DNA of 64,000 nucleotides from a virus: positions 1-64,000 of IMG/VR virus record IMGVR_UViG_3300042897_000742; one strand, written 5' to 3'. The position numbers were made by a program, and so were the translations under genes. Under the pieces are notes generated by a model. It was not told the DNA's origin, ran no database searches, and saw only the letters and a program-made list of their open reading frames with translations. Below, piece after piece: positions 45,822 to 55,712 of this stretch; the stretch's first letter is position 1; each line of letters starts with the position of its first letter.

Positions 45822-47297
45822 ATGAAGAGGAGAATTCCTAAAATAGTAGTTAACCCTACGAGAGTACAACCTAATAGACCAATTCAGGTTGTTAATCAAG
45901 TACAACCACAGAGACAACCAGTTCAGATTAATAATGCACCAACTGCACCATTAAATAAAAGGACTACCTTTTCTGCAAAGAGTTCAAATAGAGTTTTTAT
46001 TTTAGGCGGTGGGCCTTCAATGAAAGATATGAATCTTTCTTTTCTAAAAGATGAAGATGTTATTTGTGTAAATAAGTCGATTGATCTGGTAAGAAATCCT
46101 ACATTCTTTATTACAATGGATTATAGCTTTTTTGGAAAAGTAGGGGCATCAGTTCAAACTATAGCAGCAAAGGCTAAAAGTAGTCATTTTGTAATTAATA
46201 AAGGTCATAAGTATATACAAGAAATAAATGGAACTTATGTTGATGTTAGAAATAATCTAAGGTATACAGGCCTTGAACATTTTTCATCAGTAATTGAATC
46301 AGGTTTAACTACTCATGATAGGAGTGGATTTGGACTTTCTCTTAAAGAATTTTGCCACGGTGATAACAGTGGTTATTGTGCAATTCAATTTGCAATTTTA
46401 GCAGGATATCGTGAAATTTACTTATTAGGATTTGATTTAGGAAATACCAATATTCATTCAGAAACTCATTTTCATGGAGCTTATCCTAAAGTACCATCTG
46501 AAACATTTAGACAAAAGTTAGGTACATATACAGCAAATCTTGTATCATCAATGTCTAAAGTATCAACAAAGAGTTCTGTTAAAATAATGACAATGACACC
46601 ATCACCATTAGAGGCTGTAATTCCTTTGATTAAAACTGTAAGAGGCGTTGATAAAGTAGAATTAACGCAACCTCCTAAAGAAACGCCTAATCCAACATCT
46701 TCATTGTCAGATTTAGTAATAGTTGCATATTATACACTTAATACACCCTATGAAGAAGAAGCTAAAAAATTAATTAGATCTTTAAGTAGATTAGGACTTA
46801 CTTATGATGTAGTTGGGGTTAAAAATCTTGGTGATTGGCAAGCAAATACCAGATTTAAGGCTAAGTTTATGGAAGATATGTTAAACAAACATTTAGGTAA
46901 AAATCTTTTATACGTTGATTCCGATGCAATAGTTCATAGTAAACCTATTCTTTTTGAAAATTATGATTGTGATATTGCTGTAAGATGGCAAGACTTTAGA
47001 TGGAGACAAAATGAATGTCTAAGCGGAACCATATTTATGGCAAATAATGAAAAGACCAGAGAACTTTGTAAAAGATGGCAAAGAATTAATATAAGCGAAG
47101 GTCCTAATGCAAAAACATTTGAACAGTGGAACTTAGGTTCGGTAATTAAACAAATGGAATCAGAAGGAAAAATAAAAACAAATAATCTACCGGCAGAATA
47201 TACATTTATCTTTGATAGCATGAGAGCAATGTATCCTAATGCAGTACCTGTTATTGAGCATTTTCAGGCAAGTAGAAAATTAAGAAATAAACTATAA
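45822..47297 (+). CDS. DUF115/Maf-like domain fused to a GT-A glycosyltransferase
   Basis: ILGGGPS, GDNSGY.AIQFA...G...IYLLGFD; then YVDSDA and IEHFQASR; start moved past the terminator. Confidence 0.75.
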   Translation: MKRRIPKIVVNPTRVQPNRPIQVVNQVQPQRQPVQINNAPTAPLNKRTTFSAKSSNRVFILGGGPSMKDMNLSFLKDEDVICVNKSIDLVRNPTFFITMDYSFFGKVGASVQTIAAKAKSSHFVINKGHKYIQEINGTYVDVRNNLRYTGLEHFSSVIESGLTTHDRSGFGLSLKEFCHGDNSGYCAIQFAILAGYREIYLLGFDLGNTNIHSETHFHGAYPKVPSETFRQKLGTYTANLVSSMSKVSTKSSVKIMTMTPSPLEAVIPLIKTVRGVDKVELTQPPKETPNPTSSLSDLVIVAYYTLNTPYEEEAKKLIRSLSRLGLTYDVVGVKNLGDWQANTRFKAKFMEDMLNKHLGKNLLYVDSDAIVHSKPILFENYDCDIAVRWQDFRWRQNECLSGTIFMANNEKTRELCKRWQRINISEGPNAKTFEQWNLGSVIKQMESEGKIKTNNLPAEYTFIFDSMRAMYPNAVPVIEHFQASRKLRNKL

Positions 47298-47303
47298 TTA
47301 TTT

Positions 47304-47978
47304 ATGAAAATAAATGAATACTTTGATAAAGTAATATGCATTAATCTTGCCAAGCGATATGATAGGTGGGAAGAAATGCAGGAGCAGTTTAATAAGCATA
47401 AAATTAAAGTAAGTAGATTTAATGCAATTGATGGAAATCCTATGGGATGGAAGAGCGAGAATTTTGCAGGAAAGGAAACCTCATTCAATGGCGCCATGGG
47501 TTGTATTGCAAGTCATGTTAATGTATATAGTTTAGCCAAACAAAATGGTTGGAAAAATGTTTTAATTATTGAAGATGACTGTGATTTTATAGATAATCTA
47601 AATGAAATGTTTGAAGAGTCTATAAAAACATTACCTAATAAATGGGATCTTTTATATTTTGGTGGAGTTCATGAAACGCGAGGTGGTAAATTCGTTCCTG
47701 AAAAATTTAATAAGTATTTTGTTAGGGCAAAGAGAATTATAACAACTACATGTTATGCAGTTAATCATACTGCATATGATTTAATTTTAGATACCGTCTT
47801 AAAAAAGAAACCTTATTTTGATTGTCCTATAGATACATACTTAGGAGCTTATATACAGCCTAGTTTAGAAACATATGCCTATCATCCACCGATTGCATGG
47901 CAGAGACCAAGTCATAGTGATATTCAAAATGCCCACCGTGACTATTCAGAAATGATGAAAAAGAATAACATAAAATAG
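47304..47978 (+). CDS. Glycosyltransferase family 25
   Basis: INL..R.DR, RFNAIDG, GCIASH, IIEDD, ID. Confidence 0.85.
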   Translation: MKINEYFDKVICINLAKRYDRWEEMQEQFNKHKIKVSRFNAIDGNPMGWKSENFAGKETSFNGAMGCIASHVNVYSLAKQNGWKNVLIIEDDCDFIDNLNEMFEESIKTLPNKWDLLYFGGVHETRGGKFVPEKFNKYFVRAKRIITTTCYAVNHTAYDLILDTVLKKKPYFDCPIDTYLGAYIQPSLETYAYHPPIAWQRPSHSDIQNAHRDYSEMMKKNNIK

Positions 47979-47982
47979 CATT

Positions 47983-48546
47983 ATGAAGATTGATTACATA
48001 ATTGCAACTTTATATAGAGATACATTAGATAGAGCTATAAAATCTATAACAGACGAAGGTACAAATCATAACATTTTTGCTATCGGACATATTAAGGATG
48101 GACGAGGGTGTGGTAACAGAAATGCAGGTTTATCTCAAGTTAAAGATAGTGATTGGATTATTTTTCTGGACGATGATGATTATCTAGTTAGAGGATTTAG
48201 TAAACAACTTGATAATAATTTTGATATTGTTGTTTTTAGGATGTCCCAGGATGCATCTAATCCATATTACCCACCTAAAATTATTCCAAGAGTATGTAAT
48301 AAATGTTCTGAAACTACATCAAAAGGATGCTGTTTACATAGTGGGAATGTTGGTAGTAATTTTGCAATAAAGACTTCATTTTATCTTAAGTATAAATGGT
48401 TATTTGATTGTTCTGTTAGGATACCAGACTGGCATTTCTTAGAAAGGGCAATTGAGAAAACCGATAAGATAAAAGTTACAAAAGATATATTTTATGTTGC
48501 TCCAATGGGAGGATATAATAAAGTAAAACCTAATGGAAAAAAATAA
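47983..48546 (+). CDS. GT2-like glycosyltransferase
   Basis: RNAGL, WIIFLDDDD. Confidence 0.75.
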   Translation: MKIDYIIATLYRDTLDRAIKSITDEGTNHNIFAIGHIKDGRGCGNRNAGLSQVKDSDWIIFLDDDDYLVRGFSKQLDNNFDIVVFRMSQDASNPYYPPKIIPRVCNKCSETTSKGCCLHSGNVGSNFAIKTSFYLKYKWLFDCSVRIPDWHFLERAIEKTDKIKVTKDIFYVAPMGGYNKVKPNGKK

Positions 48547-48552
48547 AAGAGT

Positions 48553-49146
48553 ATGATAATAACAGTTTATAATGATGTTATACCACGAGATGTTGTGGAG
48601 AGCCAAAGAAAGGTATTTGAAAAATTTGGAGAAAGGATTATACAAATTAAACCGAAAGTATGGGAAGGGCATGCCCATACAGTTGATTCTCATTTAAGAA
48701 ATAACGAATGGGAATATGCAATAGTAGTTGATATTGATTGTATTCCTCTAAATAAAGATGTGATTAAAGAAGCAAGAGAATGGGCTTTAAAGAATATAGG
48801 ATTATATTCAGTTGCACAAAATCCTAATCATATACCAGGTGCTCCTGATTATGCAAGCCCAGCCTTTATTGCATTTTCAAGAAAGACTTATGAAGAACTA
48901 GGAAGACCCAGTTTTCAAGGAACTAAGACCTGGGATGTTGGTGGTGAATTAACCTATAAGGCAAGAGAAAAAAATATGCCGATAGTATTAATGTATCCAA
49001 GTCATGTTGAAATTCCTAAATGGAAATTTAAAGATGGAAAAATGTTTGGAATAGGAACTACTTATGCAAATAAAATATATCATCATTTTGAAGGAAGAAG
49101 AGTAACAAAAAGTTTTTTAGATAAATGTAAACAAATTTTATTATGA
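48553..49146 (+). CDS. Putative glycosyltransferase (DxD)
   Basis: VDIDCIP, DVGGEL; cluster context. Confidence 0.55.
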   Translation: MIITVYNDVIPRDVVESQRKVFEKFGERIIQIKPKVWEGHAHTVDSHLRNNEWEYAIVVDIDCIPLNKDVIKEAREWALKNIGLYSVAQNPNHIPGAPDYASPAFIAFSRKTYEELGRPSFQGTKTWDVGGELTYKAREKNMPIVLMYPSHVEIPKWKFKDGKMFGIGTTYANKIYHHFEGRRVTKSFLDKCKQILL

Positions 49147-49862
49147 AAAAGACAATTATAATTATCCCTGCAAGATGGGGATCAACTAGACTACCTGCAA
49201 AACCACTTGTTAAGATCTTAGATAAAATAATGATCCAATGGGTTTATGAAGAATGTAAAAAATCATTGGCGGATGAAGTCTATGTGGCAACAGACGATGA
49301 AAGAATCCGCACTAAGGTTAATGAATTTGGTGGTAAATGTATAATGACAGGTGAATGTAAAACCGGAACAGATCGTGTATTAGAAGCTGCTAAAGATCTA
49401 TCATATGATATTCTTATAAACATACAAGGCGATGAACCTGGTATATCATTTAGAGATATTAACTCTCTTATTAATCTGGCAAATAGAAACACACAATCAG
49501 TTTCTACATTATCATCTCTTTTATCCAAAGAAGAACTAACCAATAGAAATGTAGTAAAACTCATTAAGTCTGGTAAAAAGGTTGTAATGTTTACCAGGAG
49601 CAGTTCTTATCTTTTTAGTCCTGATGTAGAAAAGCATATTGGGGCATATGCATTTCCTAAGGAGATTGCAGAAAAGATAGGAAAGCTTAAAACACAAACA
49701 GAAAATGAGATTGCAGAATCTTTAGAACAGTTAAGATGGGCAGATTCTGGAATATCATTTGTATGTAATACAGTTCTTCATGCTGCAAAGGGTGTTGATA
49801 CACCAGAAGACTTAAAAATGATTGAAACATATCTTAAACAAAATAGAAAACAATCAATATAA
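49143..49862 (+). CDS. kdsB: CMP-Kdo synthetase (3-deoxy-manno-octulosonate cytidylyltransferase)
   Basis: IPARWGSTRLPAKPL, VATDD, TGTDR, INIQGDEP, ESLEQLR, VDTPEDL. Confidence 0.9.
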   Translation: MKKTIIIIPARWGSTRLPAKPLVKILDKIMIQWVYEECKKSLADEVYVATDDERIRTKVNEFGGKCIMTGECKTGTDRVLEAAKDLSYDILINIQGDEPGISFRDINSLINLANRNTQSVSTLSSLLSKEELTNRNVVKLIKSGKKVVMFTRSSSYLFSPDVEKHIGAYAFPKEIAEKIGKLKTQTENEIAESLEQLRWADSGISFVCNTVLHAAKGVDTPEDLKMIETYLKQNRKQSI

Positions 49863-49878
49863 AACTAAATACCGTATT

Positions 49879-50106
49879 ATGCAACAACAAATGAATCTAG
49901 ATATTAATAATACAACTGAGATTGTCTGTGAGAGTTGTGGTAATAATACATTTAGACCAATCTTCTTTTTGAGAAGATTAAGTCCACTTATTTCACCTGA
50001 TGGCAATGCCCGTCTTATTCCTATGGATTCACTTGCATGTTTAAAATGCGATCATGTAAATAAAGACTTTAACCCAATTCCCCCTCAAATACAAACAGAA
50101 AAATAA
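49879..50106 (+). CDS. Zinc-ribbon protein
   Basis: CESC...CLKC; promoter at 49836-49862. Confidence 0.65.
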   Translation: MQQQMNLDINNTTEIVCESCGNNTFRPIFFLRRLSPLISPDGNARLIPMDSLACLKCDHVNKDFNPIPPQIQTEK

Positions 50107-50109
50107 AAC

Positions 50110-50685
50110 ATGGAAAACAACGAAAAAGAAGTAGTACAAGAGCCTTTAAAGAAAAGCGAATTAATTGCTAAACAAAAGGAACTTATGGAGCTTAATGAAA
50201 AGCTTCTTAAAGAAATGCAGGAAAGAGAGTATACCATTGATCTTAACAACAAAAAGATTTTTGATCGTCTTGTTAAATTTCTTGAAAAGGATGCTCCTTG
50301 GGGTCATACCACTGCAACTGGTTTGGTTATGTTATATCATAATCTTCGCGAGCAGAAAGATATCATTATTAAGACAAAGGATTGGGATGGTAAGATCCAA
50401 TTAAGATCTGCCAATGTAACTATTCTTTGGTCAATGGTTACTAAAATGACCGGAAATGGATTCCATGAAGCCAAAGCCTTTATTGAATTAATGGCTGTAT
50501 GTGGAGAAACTTTGGCCGGTGCTGTACAACGTGCCCACCAAGATAATCAACAACTTCGTGAAAATCATGCTAAGTTATCTCAAATTGATGATCAATTAGC
50601 AGATCCTAATATCATCAATGATATTGAAGAATCCACAGAGACTGTATCTATTGCTAATGAAGTAGACCCAGTAACTGAAGCATAA
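50110..50685 (+). CDS. Hypothetical protein
   Basis: 191-aa ORF in operon. Confidence 0.6.
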   Translation: MENNEKEVVQEPLKKSELIAKQKELMELNEKLLKEMQEREYTIDLNNKKIFDRLVKFLEKDAPWGHTTATGLVMLYHNLREQKDIIIKTKDWDGKIQLRSANVTILWSMVTKMTGNGFHEAKAFIELMAVCGETLAGAVQRAHQDNQQLRENHAKLSQIDDQLADPNIINDIEESTETVSIANEVDPVTEA

Positions 50686-50933
50686 TGGGATTCCACAAAA
50701 GATACATAGATAATCAACAGGTTATTCGCCTATTTAATGAAGGGGGGTCTGACCGGGTTATTAAATGGTATACCGGTAAGGTTGACTCTTTAATCCTAGA
50801 AACCGGACTAGCATCTGACATTAATAAGATTTTATCAGATGGTGAATGGACAATGTTTGGTCAGGCAAAAATTGCCGAAGAAGTTACTAAACGGATTCAT
50901 CAAGAATTAGGAATAGAAGAAATTAAAAAATAA
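50685..50933 (+). CDS. Hypothetical protein
   Basis: MGFHKRYI start; TAATG coupling. Confidence 0.6.
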   Translation: MGFHKRYIDNQQVIRLFNEGGSDRVIKWYTGKVDSLILETGLASDINKILSDGEWTMFGQAKIAEEVTKRIHQELGIEEIKK

Positions 50934-50952
50934 GGGACTTCGGTCCCTTTTT
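50932..50952 (+). terminator. Intrinsic terminator
   Basis: AAGGGAC-TTCG-GTCCCTTTTT. Confidence 0.9.
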
Positions 50953-50996
50953 ATTTCTCTATGTCATGATGAATAAATAAAAAAAGATATCCTAAC

Positions 50997-51878
50997 ATGA
51001 AATTTATTAAAACGTTTGTTAACTTCTTGACAGAGAAGAAGGAGGAAAAGGATTTTGAGGATAAAATAAAAGGTCATGGCTATTTTAAGGGAATATCTAC
51101 TTCAACCGCCCGTAAGAAAATGGATCAGATGAAAGATCAGGCCGCTAAACCTGACGATGATCCTTCTGCTTATAAAGAATTACCAGGCGACACTAAAGGA
51201 AAGAAACTTCTAAAACCTTCTAAACATACTAAGAATTATCAGGATCTTTATGCTGATGATGAAAAGGAAACAAAAAATGAATCCATCATTAATTGGGAAC
51301 TTTATCAACAACTAAAAGGTGGATCTACGAAAATTGAAAAAGAGCTTAAATATCAGATAGCTGAAAAGTACATAACTATAACAGCAACCGGACTTAATAA
51401 AGATGATAAAGCTGCTCTTATCAAAATGGGTGCAAATGTTACTATGATGGGCCCAGGATGGTATATAAATCTTAAAGATACTGATAAGAAAAAGATATTG
51501 GATTATCTTAATAAAGAAGGTATCGAAGTAAATGAAAACATTAATGAAGAATCTGGTGGAGATCGTTCACCGATTGATAATGATGCAATTGAAACTGGGT
51601 TAAAGAAAAAGAGTGAAGAAACTGGAGTTCCTCTTCCACTCCTTAGAATCGTAATGCGTCGTGGTATGGCTGCATGGAAGAGTGGTCATCGTCCAGGTGC
51701 AGGACAAGAACAGTGGGGTTATGCAAGAGTTAATTCATTTTTAACCCAAGCACCAGGTACTTGGGGTCGTCCTATTAAAGATCCTAAGAAAGGTGCAAAG
51801 GATGCCTATGGTGCTGATGCCGATGTTGCACAAGAAGTAATTAAAGGTGGACATGATAAAAATTTAAAGAAAGGATAA
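50997..51878 (+). CDS. Probable internal head protein (C-terminal DUF5824-like domain)
   Basis: MKFIKTFVNFLTE; RRGMAAWKSGHRPG..QEQWGYARVNSF. Confidence 0.65.
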   Translation: MKFIKTFVNFLTEKKEEKDFEDKIKGHGYFKGISTSTARKKMDQMKDQAAKPDDDPSAYKELPGDTKGKKLLKPSKHTKNYQDLYADDEKETKNESIINWELYQQLKGGSTKIEKELKYQIAEKYITITATGLNKDDKAALIKMGANVTMMGPGWYINLKDTDKKKILDYLNKEGIEVNENINEESGGDRSPIDNDAIETGLKKKSEETGVPLPLLRIVMRRGMAAWKSGHRPGAGQEQWGYARVNSFLTQAPGTWGRPIKDPKKGAKDAYGADADVAQEVIKGGHDKNLKKG

Positions 51879-52324
51879 TGAAAACTATAAAACTTTTTGA
51901 AGAATTTAAAGAAGCAACTTCTTGTCCGGTACCAACTAAAGATTTAGAAGTTAATACCAAAAATCGTAATAGAGCAATTCATGCAGACTTTATTGATTAT
52001 GGTCCTCTTAATGTAGATGAACCTGCTGGGTATTGGGAACATCTCGCAGATCATTGGAAAACTAGTGTAGAAGCTGCTAAGAAATCAACGTGTGGAAATT
52101 GTGTTGCATTTGATATAGCTCCTCGTATGTTAGATTGCATGCCAGGTGAAATTAGCGATGAAGATGGAAAGTTAGGTTATTGTTGGATGCATCATTTCAA
52201 ATGTCATTCTGCACGTAGCTGTTATACTTGGGCAAAAGGCGGTCCTATAACTGATGATAAAGTATCATATGATTGGCAAGAAAGAAATCTTGATGCTGCA
52301 AATAATCCAAACCCTATTAAGTAA
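51878..52324 (+). CDS. Probable internal head protein, Cys/His-rich
   Basis: MKTIKLFEEFKE; CGNC, YCWMHHFKCHSARSC. Confidence 0.65.
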   Translation: MKTIKLFEEFKEATSCPVPTKDLEVNTKNRNRAIHADFIDYGPLNVDEPAGYWEHLADHWKTSVEAAKKSTCGNCVAFDIAPRMLDCMPGEISDEDGKLGYCWMHHFKCHSARSCYTWAKGGPITDDKVSYDWQERNLDAANNPNPIK

Positions 52325-52333
52325 TTGTTAAAT

Positions 52334-52876
52334 ATGAAATTTGTAAAAAACTTTAATGACTATCATAAGGTATCTGAAGGACTCAAGTATCATATAGAAA
52401 ATGGTTTGGATTTAACCAACAGTGTTTATCGCTTAGGTTCAGATTCATATACCAATCTATTTGAAGAAGTAAAACAGTATTGGGATAAAGGTAATATCAT
52501 TCTAAACGGAAAAAGCGGTTGGATGGCAAAAAACCTTGAAGTTGGAAAACCTGCTGTTTATAATGACCGTAAAACTGGAAGAACTACCAAAGTAAAACTC
52601 GATTCACCGGAAAGAGGTGGAAATAAAAAGTTTATCGTTTATCGTAATACAGGTCGTACTGATGAAAACGGTAATGTAATTGCAAAAAAGATTGAATGGG
52701 GTGATCCGAACCTTACTGTAAAGAATGATGATCCAGGCAGAGCCGCATCATTCTGGGCAAGACACGGTTGTGATAAAGCTGAAAAAATGGATCCTAATAA
52801 GGCAGGTTTCTGGGCATGCTATGGTCCAAGTCTGTTCGGGAAGCAGTTAGGTTTAAGTAGTACTGAACCTTGGTAA
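52334..52876 (+). CDS. Probable internal head protein
   Basis: MKFVKNFNDY..VSE; WGDP...RAASFWARH.C...AGFWAC. Confidence 0.6.
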   Translation: MKFVKNFNDYHKVSEGLKYHIENGLDLTNSVYRLGSDSYTNLFEEVKQYWDKGNIILNGKSGWMAKNLEVGKPAVYNDRKTGRTTKVKLDSPERGGNKKFIVYRNTGRTDENGNVIAKKIEWGDPNLTVKNDDPGRAASFWARHGCDKAEKMDPNKAGFWACYGPSLFGKQLGLSSTEPW

Positions 52877-52905
52877 ATAAATAAACAAATAATATAACAA
52901 AAGAT

Positions 52906-54261
52906 ATGAAACATATTCCTAATTATTCTGAATTTAAGAAAATTAATGAAGCCTTTGCTACTTCAATGACAACGGTTCAGACTGATGCTAAATTAAATCA
53001 AGCGGCAGATATCATTACAAATTTCTTAAATAAGAAAACCGGTAAAGCATTTAAGAAATTCCCATTCCTAGTATATTCAGGTGGAACTCCAGGTATTATG
53101 CTTTATAGCGATAAAGATAATTCTGCTGTTAGAATCAGTGGCGGTTCAGGTCGTTTTCCTGGTGTTGTTGGTCAATTAGATTACTTCTCTGATGGAGCTT
53201 CTCATACGGCTGATTTTTCTGTTAGTAGTGAAACATTTCCAATCGTTGCATTACTTAATGAATTTGTTAAATTAGTTAATGAACCTTCATATGCATCAGA
53301 AGTAGAATCATTAACAGAATCTACATTAAATGAAGCAACTAAATCGTTCTCTCCAGCTGAACAAAAAACAATCTTAAGCAGATTGGATAAAGGAGAAAGC
53401 GGTGCTGCTATTGCAAGAGATATGGGAGTATCGTATGGTATGATTTTACAACTTAAGAGAAATGTAAGTGTACCTGAAGATGAGAGTCCTGCTGTAAAGG
53501 CAAATGAATTAACATTACAAGATAAGGTTAAACTATTAGATGAAACGCTTGATGACCTTTATGAAATTACAAGAAGACTTGCCGCTGGCGCATTTACTTC
53601 TTTAATGGTTTCAGGTAGAGCAGGTACTGGTAAAACATTCTCCGTTACTAAAGCCTTAAAGGATGAAGGACTTATTGAGGATGATGACTTTATCGTTGTA
53701 TCTGGTGCAGTATCAGTTATTATGATGTATAAGAAAATGTATCAATATAGAAACCAGGTTCTGGTATTTGATGACTGTGATGCTGTATTCCGCGATGAGA
53801 ATGGCCGTAACATCTTAAAGGCTGCCCTTGATACTAAAAAGACTAGAAGAATCTCTTATCTTAAGAAGAGCGGATTAGTATTTGATCCTAAGGATTTTGA
53901 AAATAATCCAGAGGGTGAATTTAATGCAATTGAAAATGGATTAGTTCCTGCATATTTTGATTTTGCCGGTAGAGTGGTATTTATTTCAAACCTACCTAAA
54001 GATAAGGCTGACCCGGATGGGGCTATTCGTTCAAGATCAATCTTAATTGATGTTAATCCTGATGATATGACTCTAATGGAAAGAATTAAAATTCTTTTAC
54101 CGGATCTTGAACCAAGAGATATGCCTCTCAAAGATAAAGAAGAAATTTTTGAATTTATGAAACGTGCAAAAGACGTCTCAATGAGAACATTTGTTAAGGC
54201 TGCTGGTTTCAAACAGGCAGGTTTAAACAATTGGGAAAGAATGGCACAAAGATATCTATAA
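52906..54261 (+). CDS. P-loop ATPase with HTH, probable internal head protein
   Basis: MKHIPNYSEF..INE; HTH GESGAAIARDMGVS; GRAGTGKT, VFDDCD, FISN. Confidence 0.75.
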   Translation: MKHIPNYSEFKKINEAFATSMTTVQTDAKLNQAADIITNFLNKKTGKAFKKFPFLVYSGGTPGIMLYSDKDNSAVRISGGSGRFPGVVGQLDYFSDGASHTADFSVSSETFPIVALLNEFVKLVNEPSYASEVESLTESTLNEATKSFSPAEQKTILSRLDKGESGAAIARDMGVSYGMILQLKRNVSVPEDESPAVKANELTLQDKVKLLDETLDDLYEITRRLAAGAFTSLMVSGRAGTGKTFSVTKALKDEGLIEDDDFIVVSGAVSVIMMYKKMYQYRNQVLVFDDCDAVFRDENGRNILKAALDTKKTRRISYLKKSGLVFDPKDFENNPEGEFNAIENGLVPAYFDFAGRVVFISNLPKDKADPDGAIRSRSILIDVNPDDMTLMERIKILLPDLEPRDMPLKDKEEIFEFMKRAKDVSMRTFVKAAGFKQAGLNNWERMAQRYL

Positions 54262-54264
54262 TAT

Positions 54265-55710
54265 ATGAAACACTTTAAATCATATAGTGAGTTTAAACTC
54301 CAGGAAAAGTACGAAGGCGTAGAGGTTAGTACTAGACGCTACGAAAGAGTACATGGTAAAAAACCACGTGGAAATGGAATGTGGGCATTTTACCTTGATC
54401 CAGTTGGTGATGAACCTATTTTTACTCCATCTGCTATGAATTATGCCGATGCCGTTAAATGGGCATCTCTTAAAGCCAGAAACATGGGTAAGAAAGTTAT
54501 CTATGTTGGTGAATCACTTAATGAAGCATTAAAGATTGGTGATTTTGTTCGTTATAAAAAGGATAATGACTTTACTGGTGGAAAGATTACAGATCTTAAA
54601 AGTGGAAATGCAATTGTAAAAAATTGGGATGGATCCGAATCAGAATTTAAGCTAGGTGATTTAGAATATGTTAAATCATGGAATGAAGCCGAAAAGAGAG
54701 GTGATAATAAAATTTACTTCAATAAAATGAGCGATATTGACCATACTAGACTTGTTAAATGGATGGGAAAAAATTTAGATAGCGATTATAACGATTATAA
54801 ATTTACAAAAGGTGGGAAAACAAGCACAGACACTCACACCCTAGACACTACTAAATTATCGGAAACCGAACTTAAAGATTTAATCCACTACCTGGAAAGT
54901 CAAAGATATAAATTCTATACCGAAATTTGGTTACCTGCTTACGAAAGTGTTAATGAACGCGAATACACCGATGAACAAAGAATGGATATGGCTGATAAAG
55001 GCCTAGCCTTACCTGATGGCAGCTTTCCAATTAAAGACTTAGAGGATCTTAAAAATGCTATTCAGGCATACGGCCGCTCAAAGGATCAATCCGCTACTGC
55101 TAAATTTATTGTTAAGAGAGCAAAAGCTTTAAGTGCTGAGGATCTTATTCCTGATACCGAGGATTTTCAAAAAGCTTTAAAGGAAACTATTACTGAAGGT
55201 AATGCATTTCTTGCTGCTCGTGCAAAAGCCATCGAAGAAGATGCTGAAGAGTTTGAATTTAACGGTAAGAAATATCCTGTTCTAAACAGACCTAAGAAAC
55301 TTAATGAAGAGCTTTCTGATAATGATGCCTATAAGATTATAGATATAGGTTCAAAGTTTTCTAAGGAAGTAGGCGGTCATTTACTTGCAACTCAAACATT
55401 TGATACAGCAAACGATTTTGTTGATTATCTTCTCTCTGAATTTATTCCAAAGAAGGATCATCCAAAATTCTTAAAATCTGTTAAATCTCTAATGGAATCA
55501 GATTCATCAGAGGAAGATACCGACGAAGAATACATTGATCCAGCTACTTTACCACAATCGGTAAAGGACTATGTTTCTTCTAATTATTCAGATGCTAAAA
55601 TAACTAAAGCTGAAAGTGATGAAGATGGTTTTGAAGTATACTTAAGCAATGGATTAGAGCTCGTATTTGGACCTGACGAAAAATTCATTAAAGCCGTAAA
55701 AGAATCTTAA
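54265..55710 (+). CDS. Multi-domain probable internal head polyprotein (C-terminal PepSY-like domain)
   Basis: MKHFKSYSEF.LQE; repeated (L/V/I)(N/T)E linkers; ALPDGSFPI module; LPQSVKDYV..NY....I.....E..GFEVYL.NG.EL.F. Confidence 0.65.
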   Translation: MKHFKSYSEFKLQEKYEGVEVSTRRYERVHGKKPRGNGMWAFYLDPVGDEPIFTPSAMNYADAVKWASLKARNMGKKVIYVGESLNEALKIGDFVRYKKDNDFTGGKITDLKSGNAIVKNWDGSESEFKLGDLEYVKSWNEAEKRGDNKIYFNKMSDIDHTRLVKWMGKNLDSDYNDYKFTKGGKTSTDTHTLDTTKLSETELKDLIHYLESQRYKFYTEIWLPAYESVNEREYTDEQRMDMADKGLALPDGSFPIKDLEDLKNAIQAYGRSKDQSATAKFIVKRAKALSAEDLIPDTEDFQKALKETITEGNAFLAARAKAIEEDAEEFEFNGKKYPVLNRPKKLNEELSDNDAYKIIDIGSKFSKEVGGHLLATQTFDTANDFVDYLLSEFIPKKDHPKFLKSVKSLMESDSSEEDTDEEYIDPATLPQSVKDYVSSNYSDAKITKAESDEDGFEVYLSNGLELVFGPDEKFIKAVKES

Positions 55711-55712
55711 AG

